The notes beneath the pieces are model-generated. The model made no database searches. It saw only the letters and a program-made list of their open reading frames with translations, and was not told the origin of the DNA. DNA of 64,000 nucleotides from Ostreococcus lucimarinus (taxonomy: Eukaryota): the NCBI GenBank assembly GCA_000092065.1, contig CP000586.1. One strand, given 5' to 3'. Positions 1-9,296 of the stretch are shown here, one piece after another (the stretch's first letter is position 1; each line of letters begins with the position of its first letter). Both the position numbers and the translations under genes were made by a program.

Positions 1-69
1 AGCGTCGAGCTCAGCGCGCCGCGCATCAACCGCGATCGTTTCCTCGTTCGTTATCGTCGCGTCGACGCT

Positions 70-90
70 GAATCGAATCGAATCGAATCG
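70..90. repeat. (GAATC)n pentanucleotide microsatellite, about 4 copies
   Basis: Direct reading: gaatcgaatcgaatcgaatcg just upstream of the first gene. Confidence 0.8.
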
Positions 91-228
91 AGCTTTTCGC
101 GCGCGCTCGCGTCGCGCGCGCTCGCGTCGCGCCGTCGTCGCGCGCGTTCGCGACTCGAGTCGCGGTCGCGCGCGTCGGTCTCGCTCTTCGCGCGCGCGCG
201 TCGCGGTGTCGCGCCACTGCTCGACGCG

Positions 229-981
229 ATGCCGACGACGACGACGACGACGCGCGCGCGCGCGACGACGGCGCCGCGCGCGCGCGCGAAGACGATCGGC
301 CGCGCGACGACGCGCGATGGGACGACGCGGTGCGGCGCGACGCGCGCGCGCGACGCGCGCGACGACGCGGTGTCGCGAAGACGCGCGCTGGCGCTCGCGT
401 GCGGCGCGGTCGTCGCGCGGCCGATCGTCGCGCGCGACGACGCGGCGCGCGCGATGTTCAACGCGGACCTGGATAAACCCATCGAGGACGGGCCGCGCGC
501 GATCGCGACGACGCTCGCGGCGAAGGCGGCGCTCGCGGACGTGCTGGCGCAGAACGACTTGTTTAGGGACACGTGCGAGGCGCCGGTGTTCGCGTGCGAT
601 TTGAGCCAGTTGAACGTGAAGACGTCGAGCCGGGTGAGCGGACCGCTGCGACGGTCGTTGCCGACGCTGAGCGAGATGTACGGGGCGGACCCGTACGCGG
701 TGGATTCGGTGCTGCAAAACGTTTCGACGCTCGAGGCAATTTTTAAAGCCAACAACGCGAGAGTGAAGGTGGATTTCAAGGGAGGGCCGGAGATGATTGG
801 GTTGATTAATCAAGGGTTGGAGGAGTTGTATAACGATTTGCCCGCGGATGCGCTCGCGGCGGGACGGGCGGTTTTCGAGGCGTGCGATTTGGCGGTCGAC
901 GCCACGGCGGAGGGAGATTTGGAGTGCCGCATCGCTCGCGCGGTGTCGCAGAACAAGCGTCCGAGCGGTGGGCAGTCTTAG
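229..981 (+). CDS. Hypothetical protein, probably organelle- or thylakoid-lumen-targeted
   Basis: 250-aa ORF with ATG at 229. It starts with poly-Thr encoded by (ACG)n, then an S/T/R/A-rich presequence and an SRRRALALACGAVVARPIVA twin-arginine-like hydrophobic segment. I recognise no catalytic family. Confidence 0.35.
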   Translation: MPTTTTTTRARATTAPRARAKTIGRATTRDGTTRCGATRARDARDDAVSRRRALALACGAVVARPIVARDDAARAMFNADLDKPIEDGPRAIATTLAAKAALADVLAQNDLFRDTCEAPVFACDLSQLNVKTSSRVSGPLRRSLPTLSEMYGADPYAVDSVLQNVSTLEAIFKANNARVKVDFKGGPEMIGLINQGLEELYNDLPADALAAGRAVFEACDLAVDATAEGDLECRIARAVSQNKRPSGGQS

Positions 982-1087
982 ATTTTTGGGGTAAGCAGCA
1001 TTCGTAGGCGTAGTGATGATGTTATTTTTGTTTAATATTTTGTTTTATTCGAATGCCTCAATCGACGAGCGCTCTTCAATCGACCCG

Positions 1088-2587
1088 CTACGCGACGGTA
1101 TAACTCGGCTTTGACAAATTGATGACCGTCGACTTGACCTTTGTCATGACGTTGATGCTATTGGTGATGCCTTGACTGCCGATGCCGGAGTCCTTAACGC
1201 CCTGAAACGGAAAATGGTCGGGCCCGCGCGCCGGCGGACCGTTGATTTGCACCGTGCCCGTTTCCATGGCGTCAGCCATCTGAATGGCGCGGTCGATGTC
1301 CTTTGTGAAGACGCATCCTTGCAAACCGAATCTCGACTTGTTTACGAGTTCGAGTGCTTCGGCGTCAGATTTGACGCGCACAACGGGGAGCACGGGACCG
1401 AACGGTTCTTCCCAGCAAATTTTCATATCGTGCGTGACGTTGTCGATCAAAAGAGGCCAGATCAAGTTGTCCTCTCGCCGCCACTCTTGGCAAAGCCTCG
1501 CGCCTTTGCTCTCTGCGTCGACGACCAAGGATTGAATGAAATCGGCTGAGCTCTTTGACACGACCGCAGTGATCGTGGCGTCGTCTTCTGGTTGACCAAC
1601 AGTCATCTTTGCGATTTGTGCGTTCACCTTGCTAAGCAATTCATCGGCTACTTCTTCGAACACGGCGACGAGTTTCACCGCCGTACATCGTTGGCCGCTG
1701 TACGAGAAACCACCCTTCACGATGCTCTTCGCCGCTAAGTCCAAGTCGGCGTCGGGTAAGACGATGCAAGCGTCTTTACCGCCTAGTTCCGTTTGCAAAG
1801 CCACCATGCCCGCCTTTTGGGCGACGCGGATCCCAGTCTCGCCGCCCGTGAACGAAATCGCGTTGACTTCGGGATGCGTCGTGAGGTAGTCGCCGATTTC
1901 CCCGCCTCTTCCAGTCACCGCCTGGACGGTCCCGGCGGGAAATCCAGCCTTGAGGAAGCACTGAATCATGTGCAAAGTCGCCGTGCACCCTTGCGTCGGT
2001 GGCTTCACCACCACCGTGTTCCCCGCGATGAGCGCCGGCGCGATCTTTGAAACGCACAGGTTCACGGGGTAGTTGAAGGGCGGTATGCACAGGATGATCC
2101 CCACCGGAACCTTGCTCGCCATGCACAGCTTAGTGCGGTCGTTCCCCGGAAAACTATCGCTCATCAAAAGTTTCCCCTCCCCGAGCAATCTCACCCCCTC
2201 CTCGGCCGTGTAGTCGATTAAGTCAGCCGAGCGTTCTACCTCCACGCGCGCGTCCTTCGCCCCCTTCGCGACTTCCAAAACCAACGCCTCCGCCATCTCT
2301 CCCGCGTTCTCTCGCATCAGCGTCGCCGCTCGATGCAACAGCGCCGCTCTCGCGTGCAACGGCGTCCTCTGCCACGTCCTCTGCGCCTCTCGCGCCTTCG
2401 CGAACACCTCGTCCACCTCGCTCGTCGTGCACGCCTGAAACCGATTCGCCGGCGCGTTCGCCTTGCTCGGATTCAGCGCCTCGCACGTCGATCCCGACGC
2501 CGACGTCCGCCACGTCCCATCGACGCTGTATCGCATCGCCCGCGTCGTCGCGTCCCGCACGTCGTCGTAGAAGCGCGCCGTCGACAT
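1088..2587 (-). CDS. GAPN: Non-phosphorylating NADP-dependent glyceraldehyde-3-phosphate dehydrogenase (GAPN; aldehyde dehydrogenase family)
   Basis: The C-terminal 499 aa of the 807-aa minus ORF align along their whole length with plant GAPN (MSTARFYDD..., PPFNYPVNL, ELGGKDACIV, FSYSGQRCTA, EEPFGPV, ...KPSYTVA). An ATG (cat at 2585-2587) begins MSTARF. An upstream ATG at 2875 would add a 96-aa R/A/T-rich possible transit peptide. The upstream 300 aa of the ORF are low-complexity and I reject them. Confidence 0.85.
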   Translation of the reverse strand: MSTARFYDDVRDATTRAMRYSVDGTWRTSASGSTCEALNPSKANAPANRFQACTTSEVDEVFAKAREAQRTWQRTPLHARAALLHRAATLMRENAGEMAEALVLEVAKGAKDARVEVERSADLIDYTAEEGVRLLGEGKLLMSDSFPGNDRTKLCMASKVPVGIILCIPPFNYPVNLCVSKIAPALIAGNTVVVKPPTQGCTATLHMIQCFLKAGFPAGTVQAVTGRGGEIGDYLTTHPEVNAISFTGGETGIRVAQKAGMVALQTELGGKDACIVLPDADLDLAAKSIVKGGFSYSGQRCTAVKLVAVFEEVADELLSKVNAQIAKMTVGQPEDDATITAVVSKSSADFIQSLVVDAESKGARLCQEWRREDNLIWPLLIDNVTHDMKICWEEPFGPVLPVVRVKSDAEALELVNKSRFGLQGCVFTKDIDRAIQMADAMETGTVQINGPPARGPDHFPFQGVKDSGIGSQGITNSINVMTKVKSTVINLSKPSYTVA

Positions 2588-3059
2588 CCTCCTCGCGCGT
2601 CCCTCGTCCGGCGGCGCGCTCGCGACGACGCCCCGCGCGTCGCGCGTCGCGAGCGTCGCCGAGCGCGCGCGCGCGAGCGTTCGTGCGATGCGCGCGCGCG
2701 TCGACGCCGTCGTCGCCGTCGTCGTTCGCGCGTCGGCGCGCCGTTCGCGTCGACGTTTGACGATCGAGAGGGGCCTCGCGACGAAAAAGCGCGCGGGACG
2801 AAAACCGTAACTCTGACCGAGACGCGTCTCGTGCGGCAAGGTCAAGGAATCTTTCGAATGTCGTACGTACGTCATGCAGTCTTTGGCTTGCGAGCCTTTT
2901 TTGGTCTTATTTACTCGCGATCGACGCGATGGACGCGACGGCGCGACGCGACGGTAACAACGAGCGCGCGATGAAAAAACGGCTGGAGAAACGCACGATT
3001 CGTGGAAACGCGAAACGACGCGCGGGAGAGCGCGGCGGCGCGGGAGAGCGAGATCGACG

Positions 3060-4445
3060 ATGAAGACGGTGGCGAGAAAAACGTCGGTGTGGTCGAACGC
3101 GCTCGCGGCGAGCGCGACGGTCGCGGACGCGACGACGGCGAGGGACGACGCGCGCGCGAAGGGTGCGAGTTTTGAGGCCCGAGGGGAGGACGAGGAGGCG
3201 CGCGTGCGACGGGCGGCGAGCGAATTGCGGGTGAAGTTGCTCGATGAGATCGTCAGAGGGGCGGCGAAGCGCGAGCCGAGCGATGAAGACGGGGTGAGGG
3301 GGTCGGAGGATGCGGACGCGCGACGAGCGAGACGCGCGGGGCGAGACGCGTTTCTCGCGGCGACGGCGAAGGATGGAGACGAAGACGAGGACGCGATCGC
3401 GCGGATGCGCGCGGCGGTGAATTTCGTCATGGGATTTTGCGCGGAGATTTTGCAACCGAGCGATGACGGCGGTTCGCCGGCGGTGATGCCGCCGCTCGGG
3501 ACGCACGTCATTCTACGCGCCGACGTCGAGGCTGAAGGCGAGCGAAGCGTGTACTTTCAAGAGCAATGTTCTTACGATTTCGACGAAATACGCACCGCGG
3601 ATCACTTCATCGACTATGAACGACAGTTTGTTCACGCGAGCGCCAAGGTTCAAACCGCGCCGCGGGTGTCAACATCCGGGTCTGTGATCGACGTCCACTT
3701 CGATTTGCCGAAGCCGAGCGACAGTTCGACCACGAACAATATTCGAGAAGGGAACTTTGTCGAAGTGCGCGGATGCTCTGGCCACCCGGATTACTTGGGA
3801 CGGCGAGGCGAATGCAACAACAGTGGGGAAGTGTTTGAGTTCAATTTACCGTCGCTTCGCATCTCTGGTCTCGGTCGAGCGTACCCCGTCGCCGAAATCG
3901 TAGGCGAAGTGACTGTTCGAGGTTGTACGTCGGGATTGAAAACGTCGCTAAAGTTTCGACCGTTCGACGTGGAAACGTCGCCGTCGTTTCGAAACATCGT
4001 CAGCGGAACCATGGTTCGAAATAACACCGAGGTCAAACGATTGATTCTCGGCACTTGGGACACGCGGGTGTTGCTCGGCTGCATTTGCGAGGATCGTGAC
4101 TCGCTCGACGACGTCTTGCACGCCGCGAGAGATTTCAAAGTCCCTCCGTTGACGACGGCGACGGGAGTCCGAAGTTTACTCCAAGCTCTCGAATCACCCG
4201 GAAGTATGTCCAACAAAAGACTATGGCAAACCATCGTGGAGGCGCTGCGCGTGGCGAATTTACACGAGCCTGAACGCTCCGTCGTGCAAGAAGTGCTCGG
4301 CGAACCGGCGACGGCGACGCGCGAGAAAATTGAAGAGGGCTCGACGATGGCTTATGAGCTCGCGGTCATAGTGGCGAACTCGCCTCCGCCGGATGCACCG
4401 CCGCCTTTACCCAGATACTGGTCTCCGCGAACGAAAAAGAATTAA
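3060..4445 (+). CDS. Oxysterol-binding-protein-related (ORD-like) protein with a divergent fingerprint
   Basis: 461-aa ORF with ATG at 3060. The C-terminal half resembles the ORD beta-core (GEVFEFNLPSL, GEVTVRGCTSGLKTSLKFRPFD, NIVSGTMVRNNTEVKRLILGTWD versus OSBP GDHFEWN, GEIVIKNL..CKVNFIKAKYW, IEGTVFDRSGKAVHRLFGKW). The canonical EQVSHHPP motif is replaced by EQCSYDFD. Confidence 0.4.
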   Translation: MKTVARKTSVWSNALAASATVADATTARDDARAKGASFEARGEDEEARVRRAASELRVKLLDEIVRGAAKREPSDEDGVRGSEDADARRARRAGRDAFLAATAKDGDEDEDAIARMRAAVNFVMGFCAEILQPSDDGGSPAVMPPLGTHVILRADVEAEGERSVYFQEQCSYDFDEIRTADHFIDYERQFVHASAKVQTAPRVSTSGSVIDVHFDLPKPSDSSTTNNIREGNFVEVRGCSGHPDYLGRRGECNNSGEVFEFNLPSLRISGLGRAYPVAEIVGEVTVRGCTSGLKTSLKFRPFDVETSPSFRNIVSGTMVRNNTEVKRLILGTWDTRVLLGCICEDRDSLDDVLHAARDFKVPPLTTATGVRSLLQALESPGSMSNKRLWQTIVEALRVANLHEPERSVVQEVLGEPATATREKIEEGSTMAYELAVIVANSPPPDAPPPLPRYWSPRTKKN

Positions 4446-4447
4446 AA

Positions 4448-5359
4448 TTACACGTAGCGCCGAAGATTGCAAGCAAACCTTCCCTCTTTTCTCGCGGGTT
4501 GGATATCCACCACCTCCAAGCGACCTTTCCCGCGACACGAAACGACGTCTCCAGCGCTCAGATCGTACCGTCCCTTCTTCACCTCCTTCCAATTCACCTT
4601 GACGTCTCCAGATTCTACGTGCGCGACGAATTTCGATCTCGACATCCTAAATCCCGCGCTCCCGAGAGCGTCCAATCTCGTGCTAGACTCGGAGGAGAAA
4701 ATGTCCTCCACCTTTGGTTCGGGAACTTTTAACTCCGACGCGTCCACCTCGCGGGCTTCTACCTTCACCGTTCGCACCGAAGTCAACGCCGTGCTTAAAA
4801 ACTCAGCCATCTCGGGCGACACCATCACGTCGGCGCCCCGCTCTCCGGTGACGACGATGTCTCCGACTTTTTCTCGTTTAATGCCAGTTCCCAGAATTGC
4901 GCCTAAAAAATCTCTATGCGTCGCGGCGTCGAACATAAAATTCCCCTGCACCCTCAACACGCGCACGGTGTCGCGAATCTCCTCCTCATCGACGCTGTCC
5001 GCGCGCGCGATCGTCGCGCGTCGTCGCTCCGCGGACGCAAAGCCGCCCCACGCTCGAACTTCCACTTCGTCCCCACACACCGCGCGCACCGCGTTCTCCA
5101 CCGAATGCAGCGCGCCTGGGTCGAGAAACTCGATCGTCTCCACCGTCCATCGATCTCGCACGCGCTCGGCGCGCTCGACGGCGCGTTTGACGACGTCTCG
5201 GTGCTCGGGCTCGGCGTGACGCAAGATGACTTCGACGTCGAGCGGCGCCGCGCTCGGCGTCGAGATGCGCCGCGCGCGCGCGCGCGAAGTCGGCTGCGAC
5301 GTTCCCGCGCGAACGAGCGCGCGCGCGAGCGGGGCGTGGCGCGCGACGACGCCGCGCAT
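4448..5359 (-). CDS. S4 RNA-binding domain protein (YlmH-like, probably plastid)
   Basis: S4 domain RLDALGSAGFRMSRSKFVAHVESGDVKVNWKEVKKGRYDLSAGDVVSCRGKGRLEVV at the C-terminus. The ORF-track start at 5482 is GTG and overlaps the next gene. The first ATG (cat at 5357-5359) gives 303 aa with an R/A-rich presequence. Confidence 0.6.
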   Translation of the reverse strand: MRGVVARHAPLARALVRAGTSQPTSRARARRISTPSAAPLDVEVILRHAEPEHRDVVKRAVERAERVRDRWTVETIEFLDPGALHSVENAVRAVCGDEVEVRAWGGFASAERRRATIARADSVDEEEIRDTVRVLRVQGNFMFDAATHRDFLGAILGTGIKREKVGDIVVTGERGADVMVSPEMAEFLSTALTSVRTVKVEAREVDASELKVPEPKVEDIFSSESSTRLDALGSAGFRMSRSKFVAHVESGDVKVNWKEVKKGRYDLSAGDVVSCRGKGRLEVVDIQPARKEGRFACNLRRYV

Positions 5360-5426
5360 CTCGAAGTGAGGACGGACCGCGACGACGCCGGGACAACGCG
5401 CGATGATTACATTAAATAGTGATCGC

Positions 5427-6788
5427 TCACGACACGTTCGGGGCGGTGTTGAGACGAACGACGCAATCGTATACCTCAGCACCGAGACGCCGAGCGTTGA
5501 TCTCGCTCTTGACCATGGCTAAAGAGAGGACGTCCACGCCCGGTGACATGTACGAGGCGGCGTTCCAGTTGGATTCGAGCGAACGACCCATGCCGTCGAG
5601 GACGACGAGCCAATCGTTTTCGCGCACGCTGGCGCCGTTGACGTACGAAGCGAGATCTTGGGAGACCCTGGAAAAGTCGAGCAGGGTGGAAGTGGCGCCG
5701 GAGGGTAAGCATTGGACTCGGCCCTCGTCGACGAGCGCGCGCAGGGTGTCGTCGGATTTGACGCACGAGGACACGAACCGGCGCAATTCGTCAAACGTGA
5801 TGTCGTTCAACGCCGCGGTGGTGTTCGCCACGAGCGCGACGTGGGTGTCGGCGTTCAAGGATGCGAGGTAACGCGCCAAGAGAACCATGCCCATGGTGTC
5901 GGCGCCCGCGTTATCGCAGAAAATCAACACGCGCTTCCACGGCGCGCCGCTTCGCAAGCGCGCGTCGATTTCTTCAAAACTATCAAATTTCCACCCACTC
6001 TCCGGTCGTAACACCTTCTCCTGTGCCTTGGCAAACGTCGCAAACAGTTGGCTGGCGTCCAAGTTGAATCGTTTCTGCTCGTCCTCGGGGTAGTCGCACA
6101 CCGCCTGCTCGGTGTCGCAAAACGCCACGTTTTGCACCGCCGCCGCCGCGCCGGCGTCGAATAGATTACCCGCCAGCGCCGCTTCGATCACCAAACGCAA
6201 CCGCCCTCGCGCATCGCTCACACCATCCACCGCTCGACACATCTCCGGATACAACGCCAAACAAATCTCGTTCTCGTTCGCCTTCAACCCCATAAACATA
6301 TCCTCGAGCCCGCACGATCGAAGCAGGCGCTCCTTCTCCTCCACCATATCCATCAGCGTGTCCCCGACCCCTCGCGCGCTCGCCACGCCCTCGTCCCGCT
6401 CGATCGCGGATAATAAATATTTTTCGTACGCCCTCTCGAACGCCTCGTACTTTTCGATGTAGGACGCGTCTTCGTTCAGGTGCGCGCGCGTTCGCTCCGC
6501 GTTCGCCACGTGACTCGGAAACTGTCCGAGCAGCAGCGCCACCCACGCCTCGCGCGCGTCTCGCGAGCGCTCGCACGCGTCGCACACGCCCGGCGAGACG
6601 TGTGAGTACGCTTTATCGGCGCTCAGCAGCGGCAGCGGGGTCGTGCGCGCGTCGGTCGCGAGCGCTCGGGACTTTATCCAGCGAGCTCGGGACGGCGAAC
6701 TCGACGTCGACGACGCGCGGTGCGTCGCGCGTTCGCGTCCGTCGCGCGCGAGAGCGAGCGCGGAGGATTGGTTCGCGAGCGCGCGCAT
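5427..6788 (-). CDS. DUF89 / ARMT1-like damage-control phosphatase family protein
   Basis: 453-aa ORF with ATG at 6788. The conserved DUF89 core is VLIFCDNAGADTMGMVLLARYL, DVLSLAMVKSEINARRLGAEV, LVVLDGMGRSLESN. Confidence 0.7.
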   Translation of the reverse strand: MRALANQSSALALARDGRERATHRASSTSSSPSRARWIKSRALATDARTTPLPLLSADKAYSHVSPGVCDACERSRDAREAWVALLLGQFPSHVANAERTRAHLNEDASYIEKYEAFERAYEKYLLSAIERDEGVASARGVGDTLMDMVEEKERLLRSCGLEDMFMGLKANENEICLALYPEMCRAVDGVSDARGRLRLVIEAALAGNLFDAGAAAAVQNVAFCDTEQAVCDYPEDEQKRFNLDASQLFATFAKAQEKVLRPESGWKFDSFEEIDARLRSGAPWKRVLIFCDNAGADTMGMVLLARYLASLNADTHVALVANTTAALNDITFDELRRFVSSCVKSDDTLRALVDEGRVQCLPSGATSTLLDFSRVSQDLASYVNGASVRENDWLVVLDGMGRSLESNWNAASYMSPGVDVLSLAMVKSEINARRLGAEVYDCVVRLNTAPNVS

Positions 6789-6851
6789 GGTGACTCGCGA
6801 GGACGCGCGCGCGTGTGAGGCGAAGTCGGCGAGCGGGACGGCTTGGTGCTG

Positions 6852-7901
6852 CTATTGCAAAGCGCCGATGACTTGCTGGACCACGAGGCGCTTGATCGTG
6901 ATGGCGACTATGGCGAAAACCAGCGCCCAAGCGGTGGTATCGAGTTGTTGCTTCGTTTTCGCGAGCTCTTGCGCGCGGCGCGCGAGGCGATCTTCGCGTT
7001 CGGTTTCGTTCGGCGGCGTCACGGGTCGCGGCGGATCCTCGTCGTTCTCGTCCTCGCGCTCGTCCTCGCGCTCGTCCTCGCGCGCGACGTCTTCGGCGCG
7101 CATCGCGCGCGACGGTTCGACACCCACATCGTTCCCATCGTCCCCTTCGACCGTCGAGACGTCGTCCTCGGACGCGCGCGAGCGTAAACCACCCTCCGAA
7201 GTCGCTTCGTCTTCGACGTCGTCTTCGTTCGCGTCGTCGTCTTCGATCGCGTTCTCCGACCGCGCCCCACCCTCGCTCGCGCTCGCCCCATCGTCTCCCG
7301 CATCCTTCACCGATTCCATCGCCATCACCGCCTCCATCCTCGCCAGCATCCGTTCGTGCACGCTCGCGCTCAGCGCCCGTCGCTTTTCGTTTCCGTGCGC
7401 AAACGTCGGCTCGCTCGCTCGCCAGCTCGCCTCCGCCAGCTCTCGCCTGACGTCGTCGCTCCAATCCAGCGATCCCACCGCGCCCTCCGGCGGCGTCGGG
7501 AAAAACGCCCGCATCGCCGTCAGCGCCGCCCGTATCGACCAGCTCGGCTGCCACTGCTTCGGGTGATGCTGCGAGATGCTCAGGCAAATCTTCGTCCCCG
7601 TCTCGAATCGTCCGTTCGCCGTCAGCAGCACGAACGACGGCGGCTTGAACGGGTACTCCGGCGGCAGCAGTATCCGTCCGTGGTATATCCCGCGCTCGAA
7701 CGCCGTTCGCGGCGGTCCGAAGACGGCGAAGTGAAACTCGAAGATGTCATCCTCGCACGGCTCGGCGATGAACGCCTCGAGCGCCGTCGCCTCGGCGCGC
7801 AGTTCGCGGATCTCGCGCAGGATGCGCTTGACGCTCGGCGTGTTGGCGTTGAAGCGCGCCGCCGTCGAAGACGCGGACGACGTCGAGGCGTCGACGGACA
7901 T
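6852..7901 (-). CDS. UBC6: Ubiquitin-conjugating enzyme E2, UBC6/UBE2J type (tail-anchored)
   Basis: UBC fold ending in a C-terminal TM anchor (WALVFAIVAITIKRLVVQQVI), with the active-site context FETGTKICLSISQHHPKQWQPSWSIRAAL. I chose the ATG at 7901 (MSVDAS). An alternative ATG at 7952 would overlap the divergent neighbour's start. Confidence 0.75.
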   Translation of the reverse strand: MSVDASTSSASSTAARFNANTPSVKRILREIRELRAEATALEAFIAEPCEDDIFEFHFAVFGPPRTAFERGIYHGRILLPPEYPFKPPSFVLLTANGRFETGTKICLSISQHHPKQWQPSWSIRAALTAMRAFFPTPPEGAVGSLDWSDDVRRELAEASWRASEPTFAHGNEKRRALSASVHERMLARMEAVMAMESVKDAGDDGASASEGGARSENAIEDDDANEDDVEDEATSEGGLRSRASEDDVSTVEGDDGNDVGVEPSRAMRAEDVAREDEREDEREDENDEDPPRPVTPPNETEREDRLARRAQELAKTKQQLDTTAWALVFAIVAITIKRLVVQQVIGALQ

Positions 7902-7950
7902 CGACGCGCGGCACCGTGACGCGCGGGACGGTGCGACGCGAGCCGACGTC

Positions 7951-9204
7951 ATGGCGACCGCCGACGCGACCGCCGCGGCGCCGCGCGCGGTCGGGGAGAT
8001 CGTCCGCGGCGTCGTGCGCGCGGTGCGCGCGTTCGGGGTGTTCGTGCGCGTCGACGGCGACGACTCGGGGAAAGACGCGCTGATGCACCGGGACGACTGC
8101 GGGAACGACGCGACGTTCTCGCGCGACGACGACGACGAGGCGATAAAACACGCGCTGGAGTACTTTTATCCGGTCGGACATCGCGTGTGGGGGAAGGTGA
8201 CGAGCGTGAGGGAGGACGAGAGGAAGCCGGGGACGTGGAGGGTGGCGCTGGACGCGAGCGTCGTGGACCAGGCGACGGGGGAGGATTTAGATCCCACGGG
8301 AGCGAAGACGCGGGAAAAACGAGGCACGAGGGACGGTGATCGACGCGCGGGAGGCGCGGGGGCGGATGGTGGGGCGCCGAGGTTCGGGGGGGGCGGGGGG
8401 GGCGGCGGCGGACCGGCGTTTCATCCCGAGTTGCACAAGGTGTACAGAGGTAAGGCTCGAACGGTGAAACCGGTGGGGGTGTTCGTCGATATTCGAGGGT
8501 TTCGTCGCGGTGGATTAGTGCACCGGACGCAGATCTCGCAGTATTTGGACGTGCCCAGGGACGTGGATGACGAGGAAAAGATTCGCGTCATTTCCGGCGT
8601 CGTGGCGGAGGGCGACGACGTTTGGGTCAAGGTCGTGGACGTCGAGACCACGGACGGGGCGCCTCCTCGCGTGAGTTTATCGATGAAGAACGTGGATCAG
8701 GGCAACGGCGAGGATTTGGATCCGAACAACTTGAATTACGAACCGCCGTTTCGCGGCGGCGGCGGCGGCGGCGGCGGCGGGTATCGCCCCGTCGGCGCGG
8801 ATGCAGGGCAAACGGTGCAAGCGGGCGCGATCCGTTGGGGACATCACGCTGGCGATGTGAAACAATACGGCAGCGGCGGGAAGCAGTATGAACTTCTCCT
8901 CGAAGGCGAGGGAGACGTCATCGGCGGGAACGAGGACGCACCGCCCAGCGGTTTGAGATTCGGCACTGGTGACTTTGTCAGTCGACTTCGCGCCGCGGGT
9001 GGCTCGCCCACGCGCGTTCGCGATGGTAGCGATCGGGATTTAAAGAAACCGAAGAAGGAGAGGAAGGAAAAGAAGGAAAAGAAGGAGAAAAAGAGTAAAA
9101 AACACAAAAAGTCTTCGAGAAAGCGCAGTCGACGCGATTACTCGAGCGACGATTCGTCTTCGAGCGACTCGTATTCCCGCTCTCGTTCTCCACGACGACG
9201 ATAG
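7951..9204 (+). CDS. S1 RNA-binding domain protein with Gly tracts and a Lys/Glu/Ser/Arg-rich tail (candidate nucleolar or spliceosomal factor)
   Basis: Two S1-like domains (GEIVRGVVRAVRAFGVFVRVDG...; RGGLVHRTQISQY...GDDVWVKVVDVE). Poly-G runs are encoded by (GGC)n. The C-terminus is KKERKEKKEKKEKKSKKHKKSSRKRSRRDYSSDDSSSSDSYSRSRSPRRR. First ATG at 7951. Confidence 0.55.
   Translation: MATADATAAAPRAVGEIVRGVVRAVRAFGVFVRVDGDDSGKDALMHRDDCGNDATFSRDDDDEAIKHALEYFYPVGHRVWGKVTSVREDERKPGTWRVALDASVVDQATGEDLDPTGAKTREKRGTRDGDRRAGGAGADGGAPRFGGGGGGGGGPAFHPELHKVYRGKARTVKPVGVFVDIRGFRRGGLVHRTQISQYLDVPRDVDDEEKIRVISGVVAEGDDVWVKVVDVETTDGAPPRVSLSMKNVDQGNGEDLDPNNLNYEPPFRGGGGGGGGGYRPVGADAGQTVQAGAIRWGHHAGDVKQYGSGGKQYELLLEGEGDVIGGNEDAPPSGLRFGTGDFVSRLRAAGGSPTRVRDGSDRDLKKPKKERKEKKEKKEKKSKKHKKSSRKRSRRDYSSDDSSSSDSYSRSRSPRRR
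8752..8781 (+). repeat. (GGC)n trinucleotide repeat encoding poly-Gly
   Basis: cggcggcggcggcggcggcggcggcggg lies inside the S1-domain gene. A second G-rich run is near 8385-8410. Confidence 0.7.
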
Positions 9205-9296
9205 AATAGATGTTCGTAATAAATCAGATTCACGTTGAACTTTGCGTTGGTGCAGCTATTGCTACTTCGCACCATGCGTCCTAAACGCGCGTCCCA

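Noticed and set aside
2333-3506. Long overlapping ORFs (2333..2974 +, 2907..3506 -, and the 300-aa N-terminal extension of 1088..3511) rich in R/A/P/S
   Set aside because: Low-complexity arginine/alanine composition typical of stop-poor GC-rich DNA. No family similarity. They overlap better-supported genes. Only the GAPN-homologous 499 aa are kept.
6613-7587. 324-aa minus ORF and 307-aa plus ORF overlapping the UBC6 gene region
   Set aside because: R/G/A-rich low-complexity translations antisense to, or out of frame with, the UBC6 gene, which has clear family support.
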